NCBI GenBank assembly: GCA_964362625.1
Contig: CAYIFA010000001.1
Span: 2,994-66,993, forward strand
Length of the DNA: 64,000 nt
Direction of reading: 5' to 3'
Source of the DNA: an uncultured Candidatus Saccharibacteria bacterium
GTDB lineage: Bacteria; Patescibacteriota; Minisyncoccia; 1-14-0-10-42-19
In this document: in pieces, positions 56,673 to 64,000 of the stretch
How positions within the stretch are numbered: position 1 is the stretch's first letter
Layout: every line of letters begins with the position of its first letter
Program-made: the position numbers and the translations under genes
The notes under the pieces: model-generated
Database searches by the model: none
What the model saw: the letters and a program-made list of their open reading frames with translations, nothing else
What the model was told of the DNA's origin: nothing

Positions 56673-57626
56673 TTATTCGAGTGCGCAGTCTTTTAAACTT
56701 AAATTAAAATCGTTCATTCTCTTTTCTACTCTTTCCAGGTCCGTCTGATTAAAAACAGCTTTCCATTTCCCCACTGCGCCGCCGCGGATTTGGGTGTCGC
56801 CGGGCCTGGCACGATCATTGGCTAAGCTCGTTCCTAAATTATGTTCCGCGGCTTTCAAATTGCTTTGGCTGGATAATTCTAGGGCTTGCCGGACTAAATC
56901 ACGCTCGCGGTCAGATCTAGACGCAAACCCGAAATGCCGAAGCATAACTGTAAAAATTTTTTCCGGCTCACGAAGCAAATCCTCATATCTGATCATCAGA
57001 ATGTTGCCGGGAAACATTTCGCGCATCGCCTTAAAGGTAAAAAACTGCTTTATGAAAGCGTCGAGCCCCGCGGAATAAACATAATCTTTTTCGCTCTCAA
57101 AAGGCAGCTTACTGCCGGCGGCATCTTTTTTATACATAATTTGGGGGTTTTTATAATTTTCCAGACTTTTCATAAAAGACATTGCCGAATCCAACGGGTT
57201 GCGATAAATATAAACTATTTTTGAATTTCGGTTATAGCAAGGGTCAAAAACTTTTTTACGCCTGCCCTTTTGCATAATCAAATCGCCATTATCATGCACA
57301 TGCCCCTCGCCGTAAAATTCCAATTTTTCCCAAGCCGTTCGTAAATCACCATTATAATGCTCTTTAAAGCCCGGGCAAGTGGCATGCGCAATAATAAGTT
57401 TATCAAGACCCAAAGTATTCTTTATTTCCTTGCCAAATTCCCGATTTTCGGCGTAAAATTCGCGGACAAGTTCGGTGGAATCAAAAACATCTCCTTTCAA
57501 AAGTTTATGGAGAGCAAAGAAAAAACACCGGCAATACCACGTCCCCGATCTGGTAAGGGTGGCCACTACGCCGACTTTCGGCGGTTTCATCTTAAAAATT
57601 ATCTCCGAATATAAACGCTCAATCAT
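56673..57626 (-). CDS. PAPS-dependent sulfotransferase
   Basis: A 5'-PSB loop (PKVGVVATLTRSGTWY), a 3'-PB motif (IYRNPLD) and a RGGAVGKWK motif (compare RKGxxGDWK) are present. Confidence 0.8.
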   Translation of the reverse strand: MIERLYSEIIFKMKPPKVGVVATLTRSGTWYCRCFFFALHKLLKGDVFDSTELVREFYAENREFGKEIKNTLGLDKLIIAHATCPGFKEHYNGDLRTAWEKLEFYGEGHVHDNGDLIMQKGRRKKVFDPCYNRNSKIVYIYRNPLDSAMSFMKSLENYKNPQIMYKKDAAGSKLPFESEKDYVYSAGLDAFIKQFFTFKAMREMFPGNILMIRYEDLLREPEKIFTVMLRHFGFASRSDRERDLVRQALELSSQSNLKAAEHNLGTSLANDRARPGDTQIRGGAVGKWKAVFNQTDLERVEKRMNDFNLSLKDCALE

Positions 57627-58162
57627 TTATATTGACGGGGCATAAAAACAACGCCGTGCGTTTCAAGAACCTTTATGCCGAGTTTTTCACCCTTGGCCCA
57701 AGTGAGTTTCATCAACTTATCAAATTTTTCGGCGTCATGATTTACGTCAGAATATAAATCCTCTTTATCAAACATAATTGCGCCGACTCCAGTCGCGGAC
57801 ACGATATTTTCCAAATTCAAAATTCCGCGCTCGGTCTCGATTTTTGGAACAATTTCAATATGATTCGGGAGCATCTTTTTTATTTCATTAATGCTTTCCG
57901 GTTCTTCCACATTTGAAACCGCGAAATATTTGACGTGCGGAAATTGATGGGCGACGGCAATCGTCTCCTCCAAACTAATCTTGGGCTTAGGCGGCTTAGT
58001 CCGGCCCTGCGGATAATCAAGGTAAATATCATGCTTGACTTTATTTAACACTCCGCGGAGCTCATCTAAAGAATCTAACCACGCGACATTAACCCGCGCC
58101 ACCATATGCTTGGGAAACTCTACATCCATTTTATCAAGCAAGTAATGAGATATGATTAACAT
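57623..58162 (-). CDS. Hypothetical protein with a pyruvate-kinase-barrel/HpcH-HpaI aldolase-like motif
   Basis: The stretch VPKIETERGILNLENI...GAIMFDKEDL resembles the PK/HpcH signature (IENQEG...DGIMVARGDLG). The assignment is weak. Confidence 0.3.
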   Translation of the reverse strand: MLIISHYLLDKMDVEFPKHMVARVNVAWLDSLDELRGVLNKVKHDIYLDYPQGRTKPPKPKISLEETIAVAHQFPHVKYFAVSNVEEPESINEIKKMLPNHIEIVPKIETERGILNLENIVSATGVGAIMFDKEDLYSDVNHDAEKFDKLMKLTWAKGEKLGIKVLETHGVVFMPRQYK

Positions 58163-58190
58163 CTAAATACTATAGACACTGCGCATTCCG

Positions 58191-58250
58191 GTGTCAACCA
58201 GGCTCAGCTTGGCCAATAATTAAATCCCGAGATATTATCTCGGGATTTTT
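58191..58250. repeat. Palindromic repeat, family 3, copy 2 (gtcaaccaggctcagcttggccaa), followed by an 11-bp perfect hairpin
   Basis: Copy 2 lies next to the hairpin atcccgagata-tt-atctcgggat plus a ttttt tract. Confidence 0.55.
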
Positions 58251-58255
58251 ATTCG

Positions 58256-58600
58256 TTAAAAGTCCTGACCTGCGTAAAACAACTCGGCCAGCACATGCTG
58301 ACAAACCTTCTGCGGGTCAAGAACAAAAAACTGCCAGTAGCCGGGGTTGTCCTCATCCGGCTTTACAAATAGATGACACCACCAATTTTCATTCAGCCAT
58401 TTATTCAACTCGTTCTCGTCTACCGGATAATAATTGGCGTAAAGATGTGCGCCATTGGTGTACGGAAAATAAGTTGGATCGTCTCTTACCTCGAGTTCGA
58501 CATCATCCGATGCTTCGCTCTCAAGTTTTTGTTTCAGGCCGGAAATAACTGGGTCAAGTTCTCTATCGCGATACGCCGTACGCCGGTCAATCACTTTCAT
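58256..58600 (-). CDS. Hypothetical protein
   Basis: The start is trimmed to MKVIDRR. No recognisable motif was found. Confidence 0.3.
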   Translation of the reverse strand: MKVIDRRTAYRDRELDPVISGLKQKLESEASDDVELEVRDDPTYFPYTNGAHLYANYYPVDENELNKWLNENWWCHLFVKPDEDNPGYWQFFVLDPQKVCQHVLAELFYAGQDF

Positions 58601-59582
58601 GCTGACCCCCCCAGGTATACTTATACCATTTAATGGTCTGCCCAATCCCTTCTTCTAGGCTAACAAACGGTATCCACCCTAAACGATCATGGGCTTTACC
58701 GAAATTCATCATCAGAAATATCCCTCCGATTGATGGCTTATTATAATCAAATCGCACTCGGCCAAGCTTTTTTCCGGATAACCGTATCACCATCTTAGTC
58801 AGCTCTAATGTTGAATACACGATCCCGCTCCCTAAATTGAATACCTCATAAGCCAGACCGTTATCAAAGGTCAGTTCAATGAATCGCATAAGATCGCCAA
58901 TATATAAAAAGTCGCGCCGCCCTTGGCCATCTCCCCAAACTTCTATATCTCCGCTCGGCGGAGCATCCATAACCTTCTTGATGGTGGCCCCTAAAACATG
59001 TGAACGATCCAGATCGAATTTATCGTATGGCCCATAAACATTGGAGTGCCTGATAACGGTAAATCGCGTATGCCCAAGCTTAGAATAGAATTCACAGAGT
59101 TTTTCCCCGTAAATCTTCACCCAAGCGCCGGCAAAATATTTAGGATGAATGCGGTTGTAATCAACATCATCCTCGGTGACCGGCCGACCCAAATCCATTG
59201 GATAAAGCACTGAACAGCTAAGAAAAATAAAGTGCTTGACGCCGTTTTTGTGGGCGGCTTCAAGTATATTGGTATTTAGAATTGTGTTATCAAGCAAAAA
59301 TCCCGGATCATTAACAATATACTTTGCGCCAGCAGACACGGCCGCGGCATGAATCACGATATCCACATCTTCAGTAATTTTTCTAACTTGCTCTTTGTCC
59401 ATCAGGTCGCAAGTCCTTACGCTCCACAAATAGGGATTGAGAGTAAGACGACTTCCGTTATAGTCCAAAGGATGACGGCTTACACCAATAACCTCTAAGT
59501 CTTCTCTTTGCCGTAATTTGTCAAATAGGTTCTTGCCGATAAAACCGCTGACTCCTGTTATGAGCACTCTTCTAGTCTTCAT
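58587..59582 (-). CDS. NAD-dependent epimerase/dehydratase (Fcl-like)
   Basis: ITGVSGFIG and HSNVYGPYDKF motifs are present. Confidence 0.75.
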   Translation of the reverse strand: MKTRRVLITGVSGFIGKNLFDKLRQREDLEVIGVSRHPLDYNGSRLTLNPYLWSVRTCDLMDKEQVRKITEDVDIVIHAAAVSAGAKYIVNDPGFLLDNTILNTNILEAAHKNGVKHFIFLSCSVLYPMDLGRPVTEDDVDYNRIHPKYFAGAWVKIYGEKLCEFYSKLGHTRFTVIRHSNVYGPYDKFDLDRSHVLGATIKKVMDAPPSGDIEVWGDGQGRRDFLYIGDLMRFIELTFDNGLAYEVFNLGSGIVYSTLELTKMVIRLSGKKLGRVRFDYNKPSIGGIFLMMNFGKAHDRLGWIPFVSLEEGIGQTIKWYKYTWGGQHESD

Positions 59583-60388
59583 GCCGCTGACCTCACAGTC
59601 CCGCCGTCAACATTAATGACGGTTCCAGTGATGTGTTTGGCTTTATCCGAGGCGAGAAACGCCACGAGATTCGCGACGTCCTCCGGCTCACCCATACGCT
59701 GAAGCGGCGACTTCCTAAAAGTGGATGCTTTGATTTTTTCAGCGGCCTCTTCTATGGAAATATTGTCGCGATTCGCGCGATCCTTAACATTCTCTTCCCA
59801 AAGTCCTCCTTCTAAAGTATTGGGCCTTATGGCGTTTACCAAGATATTGTATCTGGCAAATTCATTGGCCATAGATTTTGTCAAATTTTCCACCGCGGCT
59901 TTGGATACGGCGTAATGCGGATTAAATTCCCCGGGCTGTTTCGCCGGAACCGCAGAAAGGTTAACGATGCGGCCGCTTACGGATTTCTTTAGCCATGGCA
60001 ATGCCTCGCGCGTAAATCTGACCACGCTCATCAAATTGAAAATCCAGTTGTCCAACCAATCGTCATCCGCAAGATCTTCAAACTTTCCGAAACTCAATGG
60101 TCCGCCGAGGTTGTTTACCAAAACGTCTATCTTGTTTAATTGTCGCCACAGCAACGATCGAAACATACCCTTAATTTCATGCGCCTTCATGGCATCCAAA
60201 CAAAAATAATGGCAATAATTTACCGACACCGATCGGACTTCATGATAAGCTAAGTGGGTTCGTGCTTCATCGCGACCACAAATGACAGTTACCGCGCCTT
60301 CCCGCGCCAATTCCATTGCAATCGCCTTGCCGATGCCGCGGCTCGAACCGGTTACCAGCGCCACTTTCCCCGAGAGCGCTAGATCCAT
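59579..60388 (-). CDS. SDR-family oxidoreductase (3-oxoacyl-ACP reductase-like)
   Basis: It has KVALVTGSSRGIGKAIA, NNLG and YAVSKAAV (YxxxK). The start is trimmed to MDLALSGK. Confidence 0.8.
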   Translation of the reverse strand: MDLALSGKVALVTGSSRGIGKAIAMELAREGAVTVICGRDEARTHLAYHEVRSVSVNYCHYFCLDAMKAHEIKGMFRSLLWRQLNKIDVLVNNLGGPLSFGKFEDLADDDWLDNWIFNLMSVVRFTREALPWLKKSVSGRIVNLSAVPAKQPGEFNPHYAVSKAAVENLTKSMANEFARYNILVNAIRPNTLEGGLWEENVKDRANRDNISIEEAAEKIKASTFRKSPLQRMGEPEDVANLVAFLASDKAKHITGTVINVDGGTVRSAA

Positions 60389-60413
60389 TTTTATCTCCTT
60401 TCTGTCTTGGGTT

Positions 60414-60971
60414 TTACGGCAAATCCACAAATCCGCGCCAATGCGCAAGCAGTACACACCCCAAAGCGGTCAACTGCTGAAACTCGCCGGAAACGACCTT
60501 GTTTTGGAATTCGCTAGATGATACAACAAAAACCTCCACGCCTCTTTCCGGTTTTCGGCTGGGATCTTTTTCGGCATCTTTGGCACAAACAATGTGCACG
60601 CGGCTATTAATGCGATCGGCTCCAAAGCGCGCGCTTCCGACATACTCCAAATTATTACAGCAATACCCAGTTTCTTCCAGAAGTTCTCTACGGGCGGCCT
60701 CTATCGGATTTTCTCCATCATCAACCGATCCGGCCGGCAGTTCCAGCATCCAGCTGTTGCAGGCCGGGCGAAAGTGTTTTATCAAAATAAATTCATTATT
60801 CCTAGTGGTTGCCACCACCACAACGCTATCCGGCATATTCATCCGGTAAATCGGCTGGCCTTTGAGCGCCGGCAAGTCAAATTCTTCGCTTTCAATGCTA
60901 AACCACGGCGTCCGGAAAACCGTTTTCTTTTCGGGCATTTCCAATCTCCTATTTATAGGGTTTTCAAGCAA
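60414..60971 (-). CDS. NUDIX hydrolase
   Basis: A canonical Nudix box (LPAGSVDDGENPIEAARRELLEETGY) is present. Confidence 0.85.
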   Translation of the reverse strand: MLENPINRRLEMPEKKTVFRTPWFSIESEEFDLPALKGQPIYRMNMPDSVVVVATTRNNEFILIKHFRPACNSWMLELPAGSVDDGENPIEAARRELLEETGYCCNNLEYVGSARFGADRINSRVHIVCAKDAEKDPSRKPERGVEVFVVSSSEFQNKVVSGEFQQLTALGCVLLAHWRGFVDLP

Positions 60972-61030
60972 CTAATTTATCTCCACGAGTATAACACCAA
61001 AATAAAAAAAGTCCAGCGTCTAATGCAAAA

Positions 61031-61963
61031 TTAGTGGTTTGAAAAATAACTTTCGCTTATGACTTGATACCCCTTAATCAATTCCTTGATGCCCTCCGCA
61101 AGGGAAACCTGGGGCTTAAATCCGGTTTTCTCTATTTTCTCGTTTGAAACAATGTAATTTCTTTTATCTTTGTCTTCGCCAATTGGCGTATCCGCAAAAT
61201 ACAAGTAAGGAATATGCTTCTTTATTTCTTCGCAAAGTTCGCGCTTGTTTAAATTGGCATCTGACAACCCGAGATTGAATGCTTGATTTTTCATTCGCTC
61301 AAAATTATCGATTGCGTACAAAAATGCCCGGCCGACATCGCGTATGTGAATAAAGTTTCTCTTGAACTCCGGTTCAAAAAGCATAATACCGGCATCATGC
61401 ACAGCGCGATAGACAAAATTATTAACTAGGAGGTCAAGACGCATACGAGGGCTCGTTCCGAAAACCGTTGCCAGGCGGAAAACTACGGCATTTCCGGCAG
61501 ACATTACCAACCGTTCCGCCTCAACCTTCAATCTCCCATATAACGAAATCGGCTTAAGCGGGCTTTCTTCGGTGCAAAAAACTCCTACTTGGCCTATACC
61601 ATAGCCACTATTGGTATTGGGGAAAATGATTTTTTGTTCCGGACGGCGCAACTCTAATATTAGTTTAACGGCCTCAAGATTTATAGTCTTGGCCTCTATC
61701 GGAAACCGATCGCAGATTGGAGCGCCGACTAACGCGGCTAGCGGAATTATTATGTCGGCGTCTTTAATATATTTTGCCATCAAATCCCGATCCCTGGCAT
61801 CTCCGCGTATAATTTGCAATTTAAAATCGTAACAACAATCCAAGAGCGTGGTTTGTTTAAAAAGAAAATTGTCGATAACAGCGACCTCGTGCCCAGCCGA
61901 CAAAAGCATCGGCGTCAATACCGACCCTATATATCCCGCTCCGCCAGTTACTAATATCTTCAT
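61031..61963 (-). CDS. NAD-dependent epimerase/dehydratase (UDP-glucose 4-epimerase-like)
   Basis: A VTGGAGYIGSVL Rossmann motif is present. Length is 310 aa. Confidence 0.8.
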   Translation of the reverse strand: MKILVTGGAGYIGSVLTPMLLSAGHEVAVIDNFLFKQTTLLDCCYDFKLQIIRGDARDRDLMAKYIKDADIIIPLAALVGAPICDRFPIEAKTINLEAVKLILELRRPEQKIIFPNTNSGYGIGQVGVFCTEESPLKPISLYGRLKVEAERLVMSAGNAVVFRLATVFGTSPRMRLDLLVNNFVYRAVHDAGIMLFEPEFKRNFIHIRDVGRAFLYAIDNFERMKNQAFNLGLSDANLNKRELCEEIKKHIPYLYFADTPIGEDKDKRNYIVSNEKIEKTGFKPQVSLAEGIKELIKGYQVISESYFSNH

Positions 61964-62005
61964 AGTTCGATTTTGCTCACTATGACCCTGAGTATAATCG
62001 AAGGG

Positions 62006-63169
62006 TCATAATAATTTTACGCTATTAACTACGCCGCAAATAAATAAAACGTCTTTCTCGCTCATTGATTCATTGTTTGGCAGAAAAAACCCGGTGGAGT
62101 GCACGCGGTCCGAAACCGGATGATGAAACTTTCCATATCGCTCATACCAAAACGGATGTAGCCCCAAATTGCCTGCCGAGAAAAGCCGAGTTTCAATGCC
62201 GCTTTTCACCAATGCCCTTACGATATTTTTACGATGTTCTGGATTTTTTGCAAGAGCGCCGAAAGAAATGCTTACTGGACGTGCCTCATTCGGCCATTGC
62301 TGAAAATCAACGGTTTTTAGATTTTTAGCGTATAGCAAATGGTTTTGATGGCGGATTTTCATAACGCGGTCGGCTTTTTTCATCATTCGAAGTCCGAGAA
62401 AAGCGTTAACATCGGTTGACCGCAAATTAAAGCCAGGAACAAAAAAAGTGAAAGGCTGGTGAAATTCATCTACTTTATGCTTGCGCATATAAGCAGAACG
62501 AACTCCTGGCGGCAAGTCCTTGCCCCAACCATGACTGCGAAGCATTAATAGCAGATGATATAAATCTTTGTTGCTGGTATTAACCATCCCGCCCTCAATC
62601 GTTGATAATTGATGGCCGAAATAAAAAGAAAAAGTGGACATGTCAGAAAACGCGCCGATTTTTTTGCCGCCGTATTCGGCGCCTAGCGCCGCGCAAGCAT
62701 CTTCAATAAGCATAAACCCATATTTTTTCTGGAGAGCTTTCATCACACGCATATGCGTCGGCACCCCAAGTACCTGCACTAACACGACGACCCCCGGTTT
62801 ATGTTTTTTTAATAAGCCCTCCAATTCCGTTAAATCCAAACCAAGACTATCCTTGTCCGCGCCGCACATTACCGGCTCGAACCCAAACTGGATAAATGGA
62901 GCAATGGTCGTTACCCAGCCGACCGAAGGCACGATTACTTTTTTATTTTTCAATTTGCCGGAAAGCAATGCCGCATACGCCGCGAGCAGATTGGCCGATG
63001 AGCCGGAATTACAAAAAACCGCGTATTTAGACCCAATCCAATCCGCCCACTTTTTTTCAAATTCTAATGTGAGCCCACCTTTGGTCAGCTGATTGTTGCC
63101 ATCGAGCCACTGTTTGAGCGCTAGAATGTCGGATCTATCTATTATATTTTTCGCTAGCTTGTACTTCAT
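62006..63169 (-). CDS. DegT/DnrJ/EryC1 family PMP-dependent NDP-4-keto-6-deoxyhexose 3-dehydratase (ColD/RfbH-E1-like)
   Basis: An RfbH-like N-terminus (LTKGGLTLEFEKKWADWIGSKYAVFCNSGSSANL) is present. In FSFYFGHQLSTIEGG, His replaces the usual PLP-binding Lys, as in ColD and the E1 dehydrase. Confidence 0.75.
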   Translation of the reverse strand: MKYKLAKNIIDRSDILALKQWLDGNNQLTKGGLTLEFEKKWADWIGSKYAVFCNSGSSANLLAAYAALLSGKLKNKKVIVPSVGWVTTIAPFIQFGFEPVMCGADKDSLGLDLTELEGLLKKHKPGVVVLVQVLGVPTHMRVMKALQKKYGFMLIEDACAALGAEYGGKKIGAFSDMSTFSFYFGHQLSTIEGGMVNTSNKDLYHLLLMLRSHGWGKDLPPGVRSAYMRKHKVDEFHQPFTFFVPGFNLRSTDVNAFLGLRMMKKADRVMKIRHQNHLLYAKNLKTVDFQQWPNEARPVSISFGALAKNPEHRKNIVRALVKSGIETRLFSAGNLGLHPFWYERYGKFHHPVSDRVHSTGFFLPNNESMSEKDVLFICGVVNSVKLL

Positions 63170-63684
63170 GCCAATTTTTTTATTTTTTCAACAAGTTTAG
63201 TTGTCGAGACTCCTTCGAATTGGGCGGGGCAAGTTCGTTTCAGGACTTCCAGTTTTATGCCATACTTATCTGCCAACTCACGGCGCGCCGTAATTCCGAG
63301 GACATCGTCATTAATAGCGTAAACATCCGGCTTTAAATCGGCAAATGCCGTTTTAATTGCTCCGAACGGAATATCATCCGTCTCGTGGGCAACCAAGCAG
63401 TAATCAACCGGCTTTAAAGATGAAACCATTTTTAGCCGCATATGCTCATTAAAGAAAGGCCGCGAGGGACCCTTTATCTGACGTATGCTCGCATCGTCCC
63501 CAACCTGAACAACCAGGACATCTCCTAATTTTCTTGCATCCTCAAAAAAAAGAACATGTCCGGGGTGAGTCAAATCAAACACTCCGGAAACAAAAACAAT
63601 TTTTTTGTCTTTATGCTCCTGCCTGATTTCTCTAAGGTCATTATGTTGAACAATCGACATGTTATTTTTTTTCATTGGCGACAT
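63166..63684 (-). CDS. Cytidylyl/adenylyltransferase-family sugar-phosphate nucleotidyltransferase (RfaE domain II/TagD-like)
   Basis: It has IVFVSGVFDLTHPGH (HxGH), ARKLGDVLVVQV and DASIRQIKGPSRP, collinear with the HldE adenylyltransferase domain. Confidence 0.75.
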   Translation of the reverse strand: MSPMKKNNMSIVQHNDLREIRQEHKDKKIVFVSGVFDLTHPGHVLFFEDARKLGDVLVVQVGDDASIRQIKGPSRPFFNEHMRLKMVSSLKPVDYCLVAHETDDIPFGAIKTAFADLKPDVYAINDDVLGITARRELADKYGIKLEVLKRTCPAQFEGVSTTKLVEKIKKLA

Positions 63685-64000
63685 AAGCGCGGCAATAATC
63701 CAATAAGAATTTTACGCTTTCTTCAAAACTATATCGCGGCTGCCAGCCGGTGGCCTCGGTGAATTTAGAGTTGTCCGGAATTTGCAAAGTGACATCAGAG
63801 GGCCGCAATAATGCCGGATCAACCCTTGAAGGTATTTCGGCCTTAGCATGTTTCTTCAGCAAATCCAAAAACTCGCCTACTTTAATAGATCTAGTCCCGC
63901 CTATGTTATACACTTCGCCGAACTCGCATTTTTCAGCAGCTGCCCAGTATGAGGCCATGGCATCCCGCACATCAAGCGGAGTGCGCACAGAATCCAGGTT
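63662..64000 (-). CDS. GDP-mannose 4,6-dehydratase paralog, 3' part only; the gene starts beyond the window
   Basis: The C-terminal half of Gmd is present (DVRDAMASYWAAAEKCEFGEVYNIGG ... ATGWQPRYSFEESVKFLLDYCRAYV). Confidence 0.7.
   Translation of the reverse strand, partial: NLDSVRTPLDVRDAMASYWAAAEKCEFGEVYNIGGTRSIKVGEFLDLLKKHAKAEIPSRVDPALLRPSDVTLQIPDNSKFTEATGWQPRYSFEESVKFLLDYCRAYVANEKK

Noticed and set aside
1-64000. Search for CRISPR arrays, rRNA, tRNA, transposases or integrases
   Set aside because: There are no regularly spaced direct repeats and no rRNA-like or tRNA cloverleaf-compatible segments in the intergenic regions. No transposase- or integrase-like ORFs were found either. The only mobility signature is the duplicated gmd fragment.

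Overview
This window looks like a bacterial chromosome segment, probably from a small-genome uncultivated lineage, and the lineage is an inference. Coding density is near-saturating and almost every gene is on the minus strand.

Housekeeping block (1-3.6 kb): an SMC N-terminus that runs off the window, rnc, a NusB-NUDIX fusion, bL32 and rnhB.

Glycan-biosynthesis superlocus (about 4-64 kb), interrupted only by uvrA and a short AT-rich insert:
- Nonulosonic-acid genes: three NeuB-family synthases (one fused to a cupin), two CMP-NulO synthetase paralogs, NeuC, a ROK-like kinase and a HAD phosphatase.
- Deoxy-sugar genes: many extended-SDR epimerase/dehydratases, including two Gmd paralogs, Fcl-like and RmlB-like genes, an RmlC-like cupin, a ColD/RfbH-like PMP dehydratase, a GHMP kinase and an RfaE-like nucleotidyltransferase.
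- Transferases: three TagF-like GT-B proteins and a GT2.
- An unusual tailoring set: two cobalamin-binding radical SAM enzymes, a HemN-family radical SAM, FkbM and class-I methyltransferases, two PhyH-type dioxygenases, a TPP-dependent E1 alpha/beta pair plus a fused E1 and a full transketolase, an AsnB amidotransferase, and a sulfotransferase next to an NMNAT-like/APS-kinase fusion.

Non-coding structure: many rho-independent terminators and three families of repeated palindromic elements. A duplicated gmd 3' fragment flanks a small AT-rich insertion. No rRNA, tRNA or CRISPR array was seen.
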